From Candidatus Nanopelagicales bacterium (GTDB taxonomy: Bacteria > Actinomycetota > Actinomycetes > S36-B12 > UBA10799): 64,000 bases of DNA. The notes beneath the pieces are model-generated. The model did no database searches. It was not told the DNA's origin and saw only the letters and a program-made list of their open reading frames with translations. Position 1 is the stretch's first letter, and every line of letters begins with the position of its first letter. Shown here piece after piece: positions 52,085 through 62,651 of this stretch. The translations under genes were made by a program, and so were the position numbers. Location: contig JAWKJM010000004.1 of NCBI GenBank assembly GCA_041393775.1, positions 384,701-448,700 on the forward strand, read 5' to 3'.

Positions 52085-52202
52085 ACGTGACCGCTGGGCC
52101 GACTCGCATGGATCACGCGGGCATCCACCTGAATCCGCCGCCAGCGAACGCATTGTCGCCGCCGTTGACGGGCCACGCTAGACTTGTCCCTGGATTGCCG
52201 CG

Positions 52203-52493
52203 ATGAATGTCCATGTCGAGAAGCCCGGTGTGTTAGCGCCATCTCCTCGGCGGCCGGTGCGCACATGTGTGGGTTGCCGGACTAGGGCCCATCAAGGTGA
52301 TCTGCTCAGAGTAGTTCTCAGTCAGGGTCGGCTGCTGCCAGATCCTCGCAGGGAACACTCCGGCCGCGGTGCCTACGTACACCCCTCACGGGAGTGCGTC
52401 ACGGCTGCCATCGCTCGGAAGGCGTTCGGCAGGGCACTACGGTCCGGTGGGCCGCTGGATCCTCGTGATCTGGTGGACTTTGCGCAACCATGA
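52203..52493 (+). CDS. YlxR/DUF448 family RNA-binding protein
   Basis: PVRTCVGCR...GRGAYVH motif, located between nusA and infB. Confidence 0.85.
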   Translation: MNVHVEKPGVLAPSPRRPVRTCVGCRTRAHQGDLLRVVLSQGRLLPDPRREHSGRGAYVHPSRECVTAAIARKAFGRALRSGGPLDPRDLVDFAQP

Positions 52494-52600
52494 CCGAACC
52501 GAACGTTGGGAGCGTCGGGATGACAACCCGATGAGCAGTCAGCGATGAAAGCGTCGTCAAACAACTAGGTCCGGCCAACCCGGGCCAAGACAGGAGAGAA

Positions 52601-55357
52601 GTGGCCAAGGTCCGGGTCTATGAACTCGCACGCGAGTTGGGCGTGGAGAGCAAACAGCTCATCACACAACTGGCTGATATGGGCGAGTTCGTCAAGTCCG
52701 CATCATCAACGATCGAAGCCCCGGTCGTGCGCAAACTGCGCGATGCCGCCAAGTCGGCACCGGCGAAGGAGGCCGCGTCGGGGGCGAAGAAGGCTCCCGC
52801 CAAGCCGGCGCCGCGGCCGGCCAAGAAGGCTGTCGAAGAACCCTCGGCGCCGACTGCTCCTGCGTCGGCTCCCGCGGCACCAAAGCCCGCAGCTCCCGCC
52901 CCGCCAAAGCCCACGCAGCAGCCGCAGGCTCCTGCCGCACAGGCCCCCACTCCCGCCGCCCCCAAGCCCGGCCCCCGGCCCGGCAACAACCCGTTCGGCT
53001 CCCCGGCCGCGCCCCGTCCCGGCAACAACCCGTACGGCTCGCCGGCGCCTCGCCCGGGCAACAACCCGTACGGCGGCGCAGCTCCTGCTGCCCGCAGTGG
53101 TGGAGTCCCAGGGGCACCGCGGCCCAACCCCGGCATGATGCCGCCGCGCCCGCGACCGGCCCCGGCACGACCAGGTGGACCCGGTCGTCCGGGCGGTGCG
53201 CCCGGCGGTAGGGTCCGTCCCGGCGGACCCGGTGGCCCTGGGCGTCCCGGCGGCCCCGGCGGTTTCGGCGGTCGCCCTGGCGGTCCCGGTGGCGCCGGTC
53301 GTCCTGGCGGAGCGCCTGGCGGAGGGGGTGGTTACCGTCCAGGTGGCGCCCCGGGCGGTGGCGGTCGCCCCGGCGGCCCGGGTGGGCCTCCCGGCGGTGG
53401 TTTCGGTGGGCGTCCCGGCGGTCCCGGGCGGCCCGGCGGCCCGGGTGGTCGAGGCCGTCCCGGCGGCAAGTCGCGCGCCCGCAAGAGCAAGCGCGCGAAG
53501 CGCCAGGAGTTCGACAACATGGAGGCCCCGACGGTCGGTGGCGTGCGGATTCCGCGTGGTGACGGCCGTACGGTGCGACTTCCGCGTGGCGCGACCCTGA
53601 CCGACTTCGCGGACAAGATCGATGCGAACCCCGGTTCGTTGGTGCAGGCCCTGATCACCCTGGGAGAGATGGCCACCGCCACCCAGTCGCTGTCCGACGA
53701 CACACTGATGCTGCTCGGCTCGGAGATGAACTTCAAGGTCGAGGTCGTCTCGCCTGAGGACGAGGACCGCGAACTGCTCGAGAGCTTCAACCTCGAATTC
53801 GGTGAGGACGAAGGTGGCGACGAGGCGCTGGAAAAGCGGCCCCCGGTCGTGACCGTCATGGGTCACGTCGACCACGGTAAGACGAAACTGCTCGACGCGA
53901 TCCGTCACACCAACCAGGTGGCACGCGAGGCTGGAGGCATCACCCAGCACATCGGCGCCTACCAGATCCAGGCCGACATCGATGGTCAGGACCGCGCGAT
54001 CACTTTCATCGACACGCCCGGTCACGAGGCGTTCACCGCCATGCGTGCGCGAGGCGCCAAGGTCACCGACATCGCAGTGCTAGTTGTCGCAGCTGACGAC
54101 GGAGTCAAGCCGCAGACGATCGAAGCGCTGAACCATGCACAGGCCGCAGAAGTGCCGATCGTGGTCGCGGTCAACAAGATCGACAAAGAGGGTGCTGACC
54201 CGCAGAAGGTCCGCGGGCAGCTCACCGAGTACGGCCTGGTTGCCGAGGAGTTCGGCGGCGACACGATGTTCGTCGACGTCTCGGCCAAGAGTCAGATCAA
54301 CATCCATGAGTTGCTGGAAGCGGTGGTGCTCACCGCGGACGCCTCGCTGGATCTGCGGGCCAACCCCGAGCAGGACGCCCAGGGTGTCGCGATCGAGGCA
54401 CACCTCGACAAGGGCCGCGGCCCGGTGGCCACAGTCCTGGTGCAGCGGGGAACGCTCAAGCACGGTGAGAGCATTGTGATCGGCGAGGCTCACGGCCGGG
54501 TCCGGGCGATGCTGGACGAGAACGGCGACCCCGTGGACGAGGCCCTGCCGTCACGACCGGTCCAGGTGCTGGGCCTGACCGCCGTTCCGGATGCAGGTGA
54601 CACGTTCCTGGTCGTGTCCGAGGACCGGATCGCCCGTCAGATCGCCAACATCCGGCAGGCGCGCGAGCGCAACGCCGAGCTGGCGGCACGTCGTGGCCGG
54701 CGCACGCTCGAGGACATCCTGCAGGGCCTGGAGAAGGGTGAGACCGGCACGCTGAACCTGATCATCAAGGGTGATGTGTCGGGTTCGGTGGAGGCGCTCG
54801 AGGATGCCCTCCTGAAGCTGGACGTGGGCGACGAGGTCGACCTGCGGGTCATCCACCGAGGGGTGGGCGCCATCACGCAGAACGATGTCAACCTGGCCAC
54901 GGTGGACAACGCGATCATCATCGGCTTCAACGTCCGCACCGCCGAGCGCGTCGCGGAACTCGCCGAACGCGAAGGAGTGGACATCAGGTACCACTCGGTC
55001 ATCTACGCGGCGATCGACGAGGTGGAGCAGGCACTCAAGGGCATGCTCAAGCCCGTATACGAGGAAGCTGCGCTGGGGACCGCCGAGATCCGGGAGGTCT
55101 TCCGCTCCAGCAAGGCCGGCAACATCGCCGGTTGCCTGGTGCGCACTGGGACGATCCGGCGCAACTCCAAGGCGCGGGTCATCCGTGACGGCGTGGTCGT
55201 CGCGGACAATCTCACCATCGACTCGCTCAAGCGTTTCAAAGACGACGCGACCGAGGTCAAGGACGGCTACGAGTGCGGTATCGGACTCGGTTCGTTCAAC
55301 GACATCAAGGTCGATGACGTCATCGAGACGTTCGAATTGCGGGAGAAGGCGCGCTAA
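52601..55357 (+). CDS. infB: translation initiation factor IF-2
   Basis: 918 aa. G-domain [20 protein letters not shown] and NKID motifs. AGGAGAG precedes GTG 52601. Confidence 0.97.
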   Translation: MAKVRVYELARELGVESKQLITQLADMGEFVKSASSTIEAPVVRKLRDAAKSAPAKEAASGAKKAPAKPAPRPAKKAVEEPSAPTAPASAPAAPKPAAPAPPKPTQQPQAPAAQAPTPAAPKPGPRPGNNPFGSPAAPRPGNNPYGSPAPRPGNNPYGGAAPAARSGGVPGAPRPNPGMMPPRPRPAPARPGGPGRPGGAPGGRVRPGGPGGPGRPGGPGGFGGRPGGPGGAGRPGGAPGGGGGYRPGGAPGGGGRPGGPGGPPGGGFGGRPGGPGRPGGPGGRGRPGGKSRARKSKRAKRQEFDNMEAPTVGGVRIPRGDGRTVRLPRGATLTDFADKIDANPGSLVQALITLGEMATATQSLSDDTLMLLGSEMNFKVEVVSPEDEDRELLESFNLEFGEDEGGDEALEKRPPVVTVMGHVDHGKTKLLDAIRHTNQVAREAGGITQHIGAYQIQADIDGQDRAITFIDTPGHEAFTAMRARGAKVTDIAVLVVAADDGVKPQTIEALNHAQAAEVPIVVAVNKIDKEGADPQKVRGQLTEYGLVAEEFGGDTMFVDVSAKSQINIHELLEAVVLTADASLDLRANPEQDAQGVAIEAHLDKGRGPVATVLVQRGTLKHGESIVIGEAHGRVRAMLDENGDPVDEALPSRPVQVLGLTAVPDAGDTFLVVSEDRIARQIANIRQARERNAELAARRGRRTLEDILQGLEKGETGTLNLIIKGDVSGSVEALEDALLKLDVGDEVDLRVIHRGVGAITQNDVNLATVDNAIIIGFNVRTAERVAELAEREGVDIRYHSVIYAAIDEVEQALKGMLKPVYEEAALGTAEIREVFRSSKAGNIAGCLVRTGTIRRNSKARVIRDGVVVADNLTIDSLKRFKDDATEVKDGYECGIGLGSFNDIKVDDVIETFELREKAR
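52970..53470 (+). repeat. low-complexity Pro/Gly codon-repeat tract in the IF-2 N-terminal region
   Basis: ([12 protein letters not shown])x3 followed by many GGPGRPGG-type units. It generates spurious ORFs in other frames. Confidence 0.8.
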
Positions 55358-55371
55358 GGCGGGATCGTGGC

Positions 55372-55668
55372 ATGTATGCCGGTGTGATGTCCGTCGATCT
55401 GCTGCTGGAGTCGCGCTCTTTGAAGCAGAAGCGTTCAGTAGTGCGGCCGCTCGTCTCGCATCTGCGCCGTGAGTTCGCGGTGGCAGCTGCGGAGGCGGGC
55501 CACGTCGAATTGCTCGGACGAACCCAGATCGGGGTGGCTGCGGTGGCTCCTGACATGGCACATTGCCGTGATGTGCTCGACACTTGTGAACGCTGGTTGT
55601 CCGACGAACCGCACGTTCAGTTCCTCGAGGCCCGCCGCACGTACGTCAGCGATGAGGAGACCCGATGA
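55372..55668 (+). CDS. DUF503 family protein
   Basis: 98 aa in the conserved position between infB and rbfA: [18 protein letters not shown]. Confidence 0.8.
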   Translation: MYAGVMSVDLLLESRSLKQKRSVVRPLVSHLRREFAVAAAEAGHVELLGRTQIGVAAVAPDMAHCRDVLDTCERWLSDEPHVQFLEARRTYVSDEETR

Positions 55669-56108
55669 GTGAGCAGCGCGCCAGGAAGCTGGCCGATCGG
55701 ATCCAGGTGATCGTCGCTGAGATGCTGGAGCGGCGGATCAAGGATCCACGCTTGGGGTTCGTCACCGTCACAGATGTGCGGGTGACCGGTGACTTGCGCG
55801 AAGCGACGGTGTTCTACACAGTGCTTGGCGATGCGGTGGAACGGGAGTCGACGGCGGCAGCGCTCACCTCGGCCACCGGTGTGATCCGTAGTGAGGTGGG
55901 CAAGCAGACCGGGATCAAGTTCACGCCCACGATCGCGTTCGTCGCCGATGCGATACCTGAGTCGGCCCAGCACATCGAGGACCTGCTGCGGGAGGCGAAG
56001 ACCCGTGACGCCGAGGTGGCCGGGCTGGCGGCCGGCGCGACATTCGCCGGCGATCCGGATCCGTACAAGTCCGAGAACGAACCCGCCGACGAACGCGACG
56101 ACTCGTGA
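55665..56108 (+). CDS. rbfA: ribosome-binding factor A
   Basis: [47 protein letters not shown]. Confidence 0.95.
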   Translation: MSEQRARKLADRIQVIVAEMLERRIKDPRLGFVTVTDVRVTGDLREATVFYTVLGDAVERESTAAALTSATGVIRSEVGKQTGIKFTPTIAFVADAIPESAQHIEDLLREAKTRDAEVAGLAAGATFAGDPDPYKSENEPADERDDS

Positions 56109-57070
56109 ACTCCCGCTGGGACCCCGTGCTGGAGGCCATCGCGCCTGCGCGCCGCGTCCTGTTCGTCGCCCACGCCAACCCAGATGCTGATGCCCTGGGA
56201 TCCGCTCTGGCCGTGGGCATGGCCATGGAGGCGAGTGGCAAGGCCATTCAGGTGACGTTCCCGGATGAGCCGTTCGAGGTGCCCGCCGGACTGCGTTTCC
56301 TGCCCCGGCAGGATCTGGTGGTGTCGCCGGATGCGGCCTCGCGCCCGGATCTGGTCATCTCGATGGATGCGTCGTCGGGAGACCGGATCGGACGGTTGTT
56401 CCCTGTCGGGCAGGCGGCGCCACGATTCATCGCAGTGGACCACCACGCGTCGTTCACCCCGTTCGCGGACATCAACGTGGTCGACGCGGCAGCGCCTGCG
56501 ACCGGACTGCTGGCTCTTGAACTCATCGATCTGCTCGGAGTCCCGCTCACCCGGGATATGGCGGCGTGCCTTTACGCGGCGATCAGTTCGGACACCGGGT
56601 CGTTCCGGTACGCCGCCACGACCCCGGACACGTTGCGTGTAGCGGCTCGGCTCATGGAGACGGGTATCGACTTCGCCGGGCTTTCACGCTCGATGTTCGA
56701 TACCAAGTCGATCGGATTCCTGGCCCTTCAAGCCGAGGCGGTGAACAATCTCGAACTGCTGGAAGCGGGGGGAGTCTGGGTCGCGGTCGCGAAGATCGGC
56801 ATCGCGGAGCGGGAACGCCACGGGGTCACCTTCGCTGCGGTCGAGTCGCTTATAGACCTGGTGCGCACGGTTGACGAGGCAGACGTCGCGGTTGTGCTCA
56901 AGCAGGACGATGCCGGGGTCTGGCGGGTGTCGACCCGGTCCAAGGGCGCCATAGACGTGGGCGCCGTGTGCACGGGATTGGGCGGCGGGGGGCATCGGCT
57001 CGCTGCTGGTTTCACCGGGACAAACGATGCTGATACCACGTTGGCCGCCCTGGTGGCGGCACTGGGATGA
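56105..57070 (+). CDS. nrnA: DHH-family phosphoesterase (NrnA-like oligoribonuclease/pAp phosphatase)
   Basis: [11 protein letters not shown], the DHH motif (AVDHHAS) and DHHA1 [10 protein letters not shown]. Confidence 0.85.
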   Translation: MNSRWDPVLEAIAPARRVLFVAHANPDADALGSALAVGMAMEASGKAIQVTFPDEPFEVPAGLRFLPRQDLVVSPDAASRPDLVISMDASSGDRIGRLFPVGQAAPRFIAVDHHASFTPFADINVVDAAAPATGLLALELIDLLGVPLTRDMAACLYAAISSDTGSFRYAATTPDTLRVAARLMETGIDFAGLSRSMFDTKSIGFLALQAEAVNNLELLEAGGVWVAVAKIGIAERERHGVTFAAVESLIDLVRTVDEADVAVVLKQDDAGVWRVSTRSKGAIDVGAVCTGLGGGGHRLAAGFTGTNDADTTLAALVAALG

Positions 57071-57086
57071 GGCCGTCCGCGTCCCC

Positions 57087-57959
57087 ATGCACGAAATGAT
57101 CTCCGGGTTCGCGCTGATCGACAAGCCGCCGGGCTGGACCAGCCACGACGTCGTCGGGCGGTTGCGCCGGCTCTACGGGCAGAAACGGGTCGGTCACGCC
57201 GGCACCTTGGACCCCATGGCTACCGGTGTGCTCGTCGTGGGACTGGGAAGCGCCACCCGGTTGCTGCGTTTCGTGCAGGGACTTCCCAAGACGTACGAGG
57301 CCACCGTGCGGCTGGGATCCGGCACAGTCACCGACGACGCCGAGGGGGAGGTCACGACCAGCCCGGGGTGGGAATGGGATCCGTCGGGATTGTCGGCGGC
57401 CCTAGCAGGGCTCACCGGAGTGATCCAGCAAGTGCCGAGTGCGGTCTCGGCGGTGAAAGTGGACGGAGTGCGCTCTTACGCACGGGTTCGCGCCGGGCAA
57501 GATGTGGAACTGGCCGCACGAACCGTCAGGATCGACCGGTTCGACGTGGTCGGCCCGCCCCGCGCTGCAGGCGCCGGCTGGGACTTCGATGTGGTCGTCG
57601 CATGCAGCAGCGGAACCTATGTCCGCGCGCTGGCCCGTGATCTGGGCGCCGCACTGGGAACAGCCGGGCACCTCAGGGCACTGCGGCGCACGGCGATCGG
57701 TCCGATCGGGGTGGTGCAGTGCTCAGTGCTGGACGAAGAGCTGCCACCGGTGGTGGCGATCGAGGACGTGATCGGCCGTGTCATGCCGGTCCTGACTGTG
57801 GACGGGCCGACAGCACAGGCATTGCGAAATGGGCAGAAGGTGCACCTCGACGCCGCCGATGGTCTCCACCTGGTCCTCGACGATGCCGGCACCTGGGTGT
57901 CGGTGGTCACTGTTGCCGGGTCCGTGCCACACATAGAGGTGAACGCACCGACAGGGTGA
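57087..57959 (+). CDS. truB: tRNA pseudouridine(55) synthase
   Basis: IDKPPGWTSHDVV...GHAGTLDPMATGVLVVG. Confidence 0.93.
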   Translation: MHEMISGFALIDKPPGWTSHDVVGRLRRLYGQKRVGHAGTLDPMATGVLVVGLGSATRLLRFVQGLPKTYEATVRLGSGTVTDDAEGEVTTSPGWEWDPSGLSAALAGLTGVIQQVPSAVSAVKVDGVRSYARVRAGQDVELAARTVRIDRFDVVGPPRAAGAGWDFDVVVACSSGTYVRALARDLGAALGTAGHLRALRRTAIGPIGVVQCSVLDEELPPVVAIEDVIGRVMPVLTVDGPTAQALRNGQKVHLDAADGLHLVLDDAGTWVSVVTVAGSVPHIEVNAPTG

Positions 57960-58023
57960 GTACGCGGCCGGACGGACCCCGACAGTCGGGCGAAATCCCA
58001 CTTGTCGGGACTAGATTCGAGCA

Positions 58024-59130
58024 GTGAGTCCACTCGCTTTGGTCCATGAGCGATTCACGGATTTCGCAGGCTCCGAGATGGTCGTGCAGCAGTTCAGCGT
58101 CATCTGGCCGGAGGCTTCCATCCACGCGCCGATCGTGGACCCGTCTGTTCTCCCGCCGGGCATGCGGGTCGAAGCCACGCTCCTGAACCGTCTGTACCGC
58201 CACGGGGGTTACGCGTATTTGATGCCTCTGCTGCCGACGGCCATGCGCAGGATGCGCCTGCCGGCTGTGGACGCTGTGCTGGTGAGCCACCACGCATTCG
58301 CGAACCAAGTCGTCTGGGCCACGGACGCGCCGGTCGTCTCATACGTCCATTCTCCGGCGCGATGGATGTGGGACCCCGCCATGCGCGCTGGAGAGTCCGG
58401 TGGTGTGGTTGGCGAGGGGGCGCTGGCGGTGTTCTCGGCGCTGCAGCGCCACCGCGACTTCGCCGCGGCGCAGATGGTGCGCAGCCTGATCGCGAATTCC
58501 AATGCGGTGGCCGAGCGGATAAGCCGCTGGTGGCGTCGCCGGAGCTCGGTGATCTTCCCCCCTGTCGACACCTCCTTCTACACGCCTGACCCCGCGATCC
58601 CACGTGAGGACTTCGTGTTGGTGGCTGGTCGGCTCGTGCCGTACAAGCGCCCCGAAGTGGCCATCGAAGCTGCCGAACGGGCCGGGATTCCTGTGGTTGT
58701 GGCCGGGGATGGCCGAGCCCGGCGGGCATGCGAGAAGGTCGCGGGTGCGGGCACGACATTCCTCGGCAGAGTCACCGACGAGCAGATGCGGGATCTGTAT
58801 CGCCGGTGCCGGTGCCTGGCCATGCCCGGGGAGGAGGACTTCGGAATCATCACCGTCGAAGCGCAGGCCTGCGGGGCGCCCGTGGTGGCACTTGGTGCGG
58901 GCGGCGCGTTGGATACCGTCGTGCCGGGGGTCACAGGAACTCTGTTGGTGAACCAGGCCGACCGGGCCGAACAGATCGCGGGGTTCGCGGCGGCGTTCCA
59001 GGGGATCGACCCCACGCAGTTCGATCCCGGAGTCCTTCGTAGTCACGCAGAGTCGTTCTCACGAGATGTGTTCCGGGAAAGGATCAGGCAGCACGTTCGC
59101 GCTGTCCTCGCCGATCGCGACGTCGCCTGA
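58024..59130 (+). CDS. GT4-family glycosyltransferase
   Basis: C-terminal GT-B motif EDFGIITVEAQACGAPVVALGAGGALDTV (E-x7-E). Confidence 0.8.
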   Translation: MSPLALVHERFTDFAGSEMVVQQFSVIWPEASIHAPIVDPSVLPPGMRVEATLLNRLYRHGGYAYLMPLLPTAMRRMRLPAVDAVLVSHHAFANQVVWATDAPVVSYVHSPARWMWDPAMRAGESGGVVGEGALAVFSALQRHRDFAAAQMVRSLIANSNAVAERISRWWRRRSSVIFPPVDTSFYTPDPAIPREDFVLVAGRLVPYKRPEVAIEAAERAGIPVVVAGDGRARRACEKVAGAGTTFLGRVTDEQMRDLYRRCRCLAMPGEEDFGIITVEAQACGAPVVALGAGGALDTVVPGVTGTLLVNQADRAEQIAGFAAAFQGIDPTQFDPGVLRSHAESFSRDVFRERIRQHVRAVLADRDVA

Positions 59131-59154
59131 AAGGCCGGGCCGCTGCCCCCGTCC

Positions 59155-60063
59155 GTGTCCGTGATTTTCAGCGTCTGGCAATCTGGACGGGTGGGAAGAG
59201 TCTTGACGATCGGGGTCTTCGACGGTGTGCACAGGGGGCATCAGGCGCTGGTGGCCGAGACCGTTGCGCAGGCGGCACAGTGGGAGGCTGAAGCGTGGGC
59301 AGTGACGTTCGACCCCAACCCCATCGAGGTGCTGCGGCCTGACCTCGCTCCAGCCCGACTGTGCAGCGTGAGTCGCCGTGTCGAGTTGTTGCTTGAACTC
59401 GGCCTCGACGGAGTGGAGGTTCTGGCTTTCGACGAGGTCCTCTCGCAGATGCCCGCCGACGAGTTCGCCCGAGACGTGTTGATCGGTCGATTCGGCGCCG
59501 TCGGTGTCGTGGTCGGCAGCAATTTCCGGTTCGGTCACAAGGCGGCAGGTGATGTGGTCGTGCTGGAGGACGCCGGGCTGAAGGTCGTGGAGTTCAGTCT
59601 GCTGGAAGGCGCCGATGCGCCGATCTCGTCGTCCAGGATCCGCGCGGCGGTCGACGACGGTGAGGTGGAACTGGCGGCAGCCCTGCTCGGTCACCGGCAT
59701 GCCGTGGAAGGGGAAGTCGTCCGGGGACATGGTCGTGGGCGCGACTTGGGCTACCCGACGGCGAATCTTGCCCTGTCGCCCCGTGCGGCGATCCCCAAGG
59801 ATGCGGTGTACGCCGGGGAGGTCTTCTGGCCGGATGGACACCGGATCGCCGCCATCAGCGTGGGAACCAATCCCACCTTCGGCGACGGACAGCGTTCGGT
59901 TGAGGCTTTCCTCCTGGATTTCGATGGCGAGTTGTACGGCAAGCAGTTGCGCGTGGAATTCGGGCACTTGCTGCGCCCCATGGCGACGTTCGAAGGGGTC
60001 GAAGGGTTGATACGTCAGATGTCCGCGGACGTTGCGCGAACCCGTGCCCTGATGGGTGGCTAG
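59155..60063 (+). CDS. ribF: bifunctional riboflavin kinase / FMN adenylyltransferase
   Basis: GVFDGVHRGHQ, and in the kinase domain GYPTANL and PTFG. Confidence 0.94.
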   Translation: MSVIFSVWQSGRVGRVLTIGVFDGVHRGHQALVAETVAQAAQWEAEAWAVTFDPNPIEVLRPDLAPARLCSVSRRVELLLELGLDGVEVLAFDEVLSQMPADEFARDVLIGRFGAVGVVVGSNFRFGHKAAGDVVVLEDAGLKVVEFSLLEGADAPISSSRIRAAVDDGEVELAAALLGHRHAVEGEVVRGHGRGRDLGYPTANLALSPRAAIPKDAVYAGEVFWPDGHRIAAISVGTNPTFGDGQRSVEAFLLDFDGELYGKQLRVEFGHLLRPMATFEGVEGLIRQMSADVARTRALMGG

Positions 60064-60084
60064 AAGGCTGCCCTTCGGTTGCCA

Positions 60085-61137
60085 ATGCCCGGACGTTCGA
60101 CGCTAGGCTCGGGGGCTGTGGACGCAGGAACCTTTGCTCGGAACATCGGTACTCACCTGCGTGGCGTCCTGCTCGGCTCGGTGTTGCTGGGCTTGCTCGC
60201 TATCGCCCCGACTCTCCTCCTGCCGCCCACCTATGCGGCCCAGTCCGTCGTGCGCGTCGTGCCACCACAAGGGCAGGATTTCGTCGACGCCGACTCGCTG
60301 GACACCGCCGTGGAGTGGTACATGGCACTGGCCGATGTTCCTTCTGTGTTGCAGCAAGTGGCCCTCGGGATGCGACCTCCCATGTCCTCCGACGAGGTAC
60401 GCGAACAGACCAACTTGGTCCCAGGGGATGGACCAGGGGAGGTGGCCGTTCGTGCCACTTCCCGTGACGCAGACGAGGCGGTATCCCTCAGTGACGCCAT
60501 GGCTGAGGCGGTCGTGTCAACCGTGCAGGATGACAAGGCCTTGCAGGTCGGATCGACCAGTCTCAGGACGCTGCTGCCGGCACAGCCCGCGAAGCGGGTC
60601 GGGACTGGCCCTGTCGCACTTTTCGTCACAGGTTTCCTGCTGGGATTCGCTCTGTTCGCGACCGGAGCCGCTTTGCTCCACCGGCACCTGAACTGGCGCT
60701 TGTCTTCTCGCATGCTTGAATCCGTGGGCGACGAGGCGGGTGTCCCGGTGATAACACGCCGGGACGAGTTGGCGGCCTTTCTCACTCTCAAAGGCACCGA
60801 GGAGCCTCAAGCCTGGCTAGCCACGACGTCGGGAGTGCCGCAGACGTGGTGGCGGGACCTGCGCGAGCGCATGCGTGCCCTTGGGGGAGCCGGCGAAGTG
60901 GTATCAATCGGCGCGGGAGAGACGATAACTGCGCAGCCGGCCGCCGGCATCGTGTACGTGCCTGACCCCAATGACGGCCACGCGTCGACTGTGGGCGCGG
61001 TCGCGGCCACAGGTGCGCCGGCGCTGCTCGTGTGCTCTCGTGGGCAGCGGGCCCGTGGCCTGCGCCGGATGCTGGCGCAACTCGCCGAATTCGGAGTGCG
61101 TCCACTGGCTATCACGATCGTCGACAAGGACCGCTAG
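60085..61137 (+). CDS. Wzz-like polysaccharide chain-length-determinant (PCP) protein, no recognisable kinase Walker motif
   Basis: Topology TM1 - PPTYAAQSVVRV - soluble domain - TM2 (PVALFVTGFLLGFALFATGAALL) - ~150-aa C-terminal domain. The start is uncertain (TTG 60079, ATG 60085 or a later GTG). Confidence 0.55.
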   Translation: MPGRSTLGSGAVDAGTFARNIGTHLRGVLLGSVLLGLLAIAPTLLLPPTYAAQSVVRVVPPQGQDFVDADSLDTAVEWYMALADVPSVLQQVALGMRPPMSSDEVREQTNLVPGDGPGEVAVRATSRDADEAVSLSDAMAEAVVSTVQDDKALQVGSTSLRTLLPAQPAKRVGTGPVALFVTGFLLGFALFATGAALLHRHLNWRLSSRMLESVGDEAGVPVITRRDELAAFLTLKGTEEPQAWLATTSGVPQTWWRDLRERMRALGGAGEVVSIGAGETITAQPAAGIVYVPDPNDGHASTVGAVAATGAPALLVCSRGQRARGLRRMLAQLAEFGVRPLAITIVDKDR

Positions 61138-61248
61138 CCTCGCCGGTTCACACAGAACACGGTGATCTCCACTCGCACCAACGCGACACTGGTTGCGGCA
61201 ACGTCCTCGGGGAATCCGGGGCTAGACGCTTTGAACATACCCCGGGCC

Positions 61249-61458
61249 TAGTCCGAAAATGGCTGGTGTACTCGGTCGCCGCAGAAGTGGGCCGCGAGGT
61301 TAGAGAATGGTCGCGAGGTTAGAGATCGTGCACGAGGTTAGTGAACACACGTGTGGCTTCTCTAACCTCGTGCACATTCTCTAACCCGAGCGATTTCCGC
61401 CCGGCATTTCCCACCTGAGCGGGCGGCCGCCACGGCCATGGATGACTAACGCGAACCC
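61249..61458. repeat. Family A element, copy A6 (core with third arm 61298-61385; one R-unit, one L-unit)
   Basis: TAGTCCGAAAATGGCTGGTGTACTCGGTCGCCGCAGAAGTGGGCCGCGAG-GTTAGAGAATGGTCGCGAGGTTAGAGATCGTGCACGAGGTTAGTGAA-CACACGTGTGGC-TTCTCTAACCTCGTGCACATTCTCTAAC-L unit. Confidence 0.9.
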
Positions 61459-61558
61459 TTCGGCCCACACCCGTTCGTCTGCGTCACATGACCCGTTCTG
61501 CCCGGCAACCCCCGGCAGTCTGTGCCCAGCCGGATGAAGCCGTGAGACCGGTCAGACG

Positions 61559-62647
61559 TCAACGCCTGCGGGGTTTGGGCTTGAGCAGTCCTTCCAAGGT
61601 GTAGGCCGCTAGTTTCGGCGTGAAGTCGACTCGGAGGAATCCGAGGTTCTCCGACCACTTGCTCGGGTCGACCCCCCGGTCACGTCCGCTGTAGAAGAAC
61701 AGCGGACCAACCCAGCGCCAGCGCTTCTGACCCCGGATGCCCTGGACGTAGGTACGCGCCTGTCTGCGCTCGCTCACGGATTTCTCGCTGGTCCCGGTGG
61801 GCGCCCCGAATTCAGTGAGCCAGATCTTCTTGGAGGCGTCTGCGTGACGGACCATCACTCGGCGGACAAGTGGCAGTCTTTGGAAGGCGTTCCAGTCCCC
61901 GGTGTTCGGCGTCGACGGCAAGGCTGGGAAGCAATAGGGATGGACTGAGATGGCGTCGAAGCTCCTGTCGGCACCGTACTTGTAGAGCAGTGCGGTGAAG
62001 CGACTGGGCGAAACGTCCTTCCCACCTGCCACGTCGAGTGCCGGGCCCAGGTTTCCCGCGATGATCTTGGCGGTCGGATCGGCTCGTCGGATCGATCGGG
62101 CTGCCTTGATCAGCATGCGCGCGTAAAGACGGGGTTGAGGAGCCGGATACCAGAACACTTCGAGGTTCGGTTCGTTCCAGATCTCCCAGTGGCGCACACC
62201 GGTCGGCCCGTACCTCTTGACCGCGGCTTTCAGGAACCTTGTGAAGGCGCTGAGGTGTTTGGGGGGGGCTTTGCTCTCGCCCGGGACACGGGTCGCCCAC
62301 AGTGGGCTGTGTGCGGGTACTGCCAGCACCCGCAATCCGTGTCGGTGCGCCGCTGCCACGATCCGGTCTGGCCCACTCCAGTCGTACCGGCCGGGAGTCT
62401 GCTCGATCGCGGCCCAATTCAGGTCGACGCGAAGCCACTTGACCCTCAAGCTCGAGTAGATGTCGAGTTCGCGCTCAAGATCCTGGTCGGAGAGCAAGAA
62501 CACGTCGTACCCCTGTGAGATGCCCACGTTCGGGTCCGACGATGCGCGCGCAGTAGGCGGGCTCAGGGCCACGGCAGCGATCAGGGCCGGGATCACGAGG
62601 GCCCACGCGCGCAACCGTCGCAGGGCGCTGGTCGGACAACTCGTCAT
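61559..62647 (-). CDS. secreted clan GH-A (TIM-barrel) glycoside hydrolase, GH5/GH39/PslG-like
   Basis: Signal peptide, acid/base motif HWEIWNEPN and nucleophile motif IWLTEFGAP. The longest ORF (to 62830) overlaps the neighbouring gene. Confidence 0.75.
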   Translation of the reverse strand: MTSCPTSALRRLRAWALVIPALIAAVALSPPTARASSDPNVGISQGYDVFLLSDQDLERELDIYSSLRVKWLRVDLNWAAIEQTPGRYDWSGPDRIVAAAHRHGLRVLAVPAHSPLWATRVPGESKAPPKHLSAFTRFLKAAVKRYGPTGVRHWEIWNEPNLEVFWYPAPQPRLYARMLIKAARSIRRADPTAKIIAGNLGPALDVAGGKDVSPSRFTALLYKYGADRSFDAISVHPYCFPALPSTPNTGDWNAFQRLPLVRRVMVRHADASKKIWLTEFGAPTGTSEKSVSERRQARTYVQGIRGQKRWRWVGPLFFYSGRDRGVDPSKWSENLGFLRVDFTPKLAAYTLEGLLKPKPRRR

Positions 62648-62651
62648 CGAA

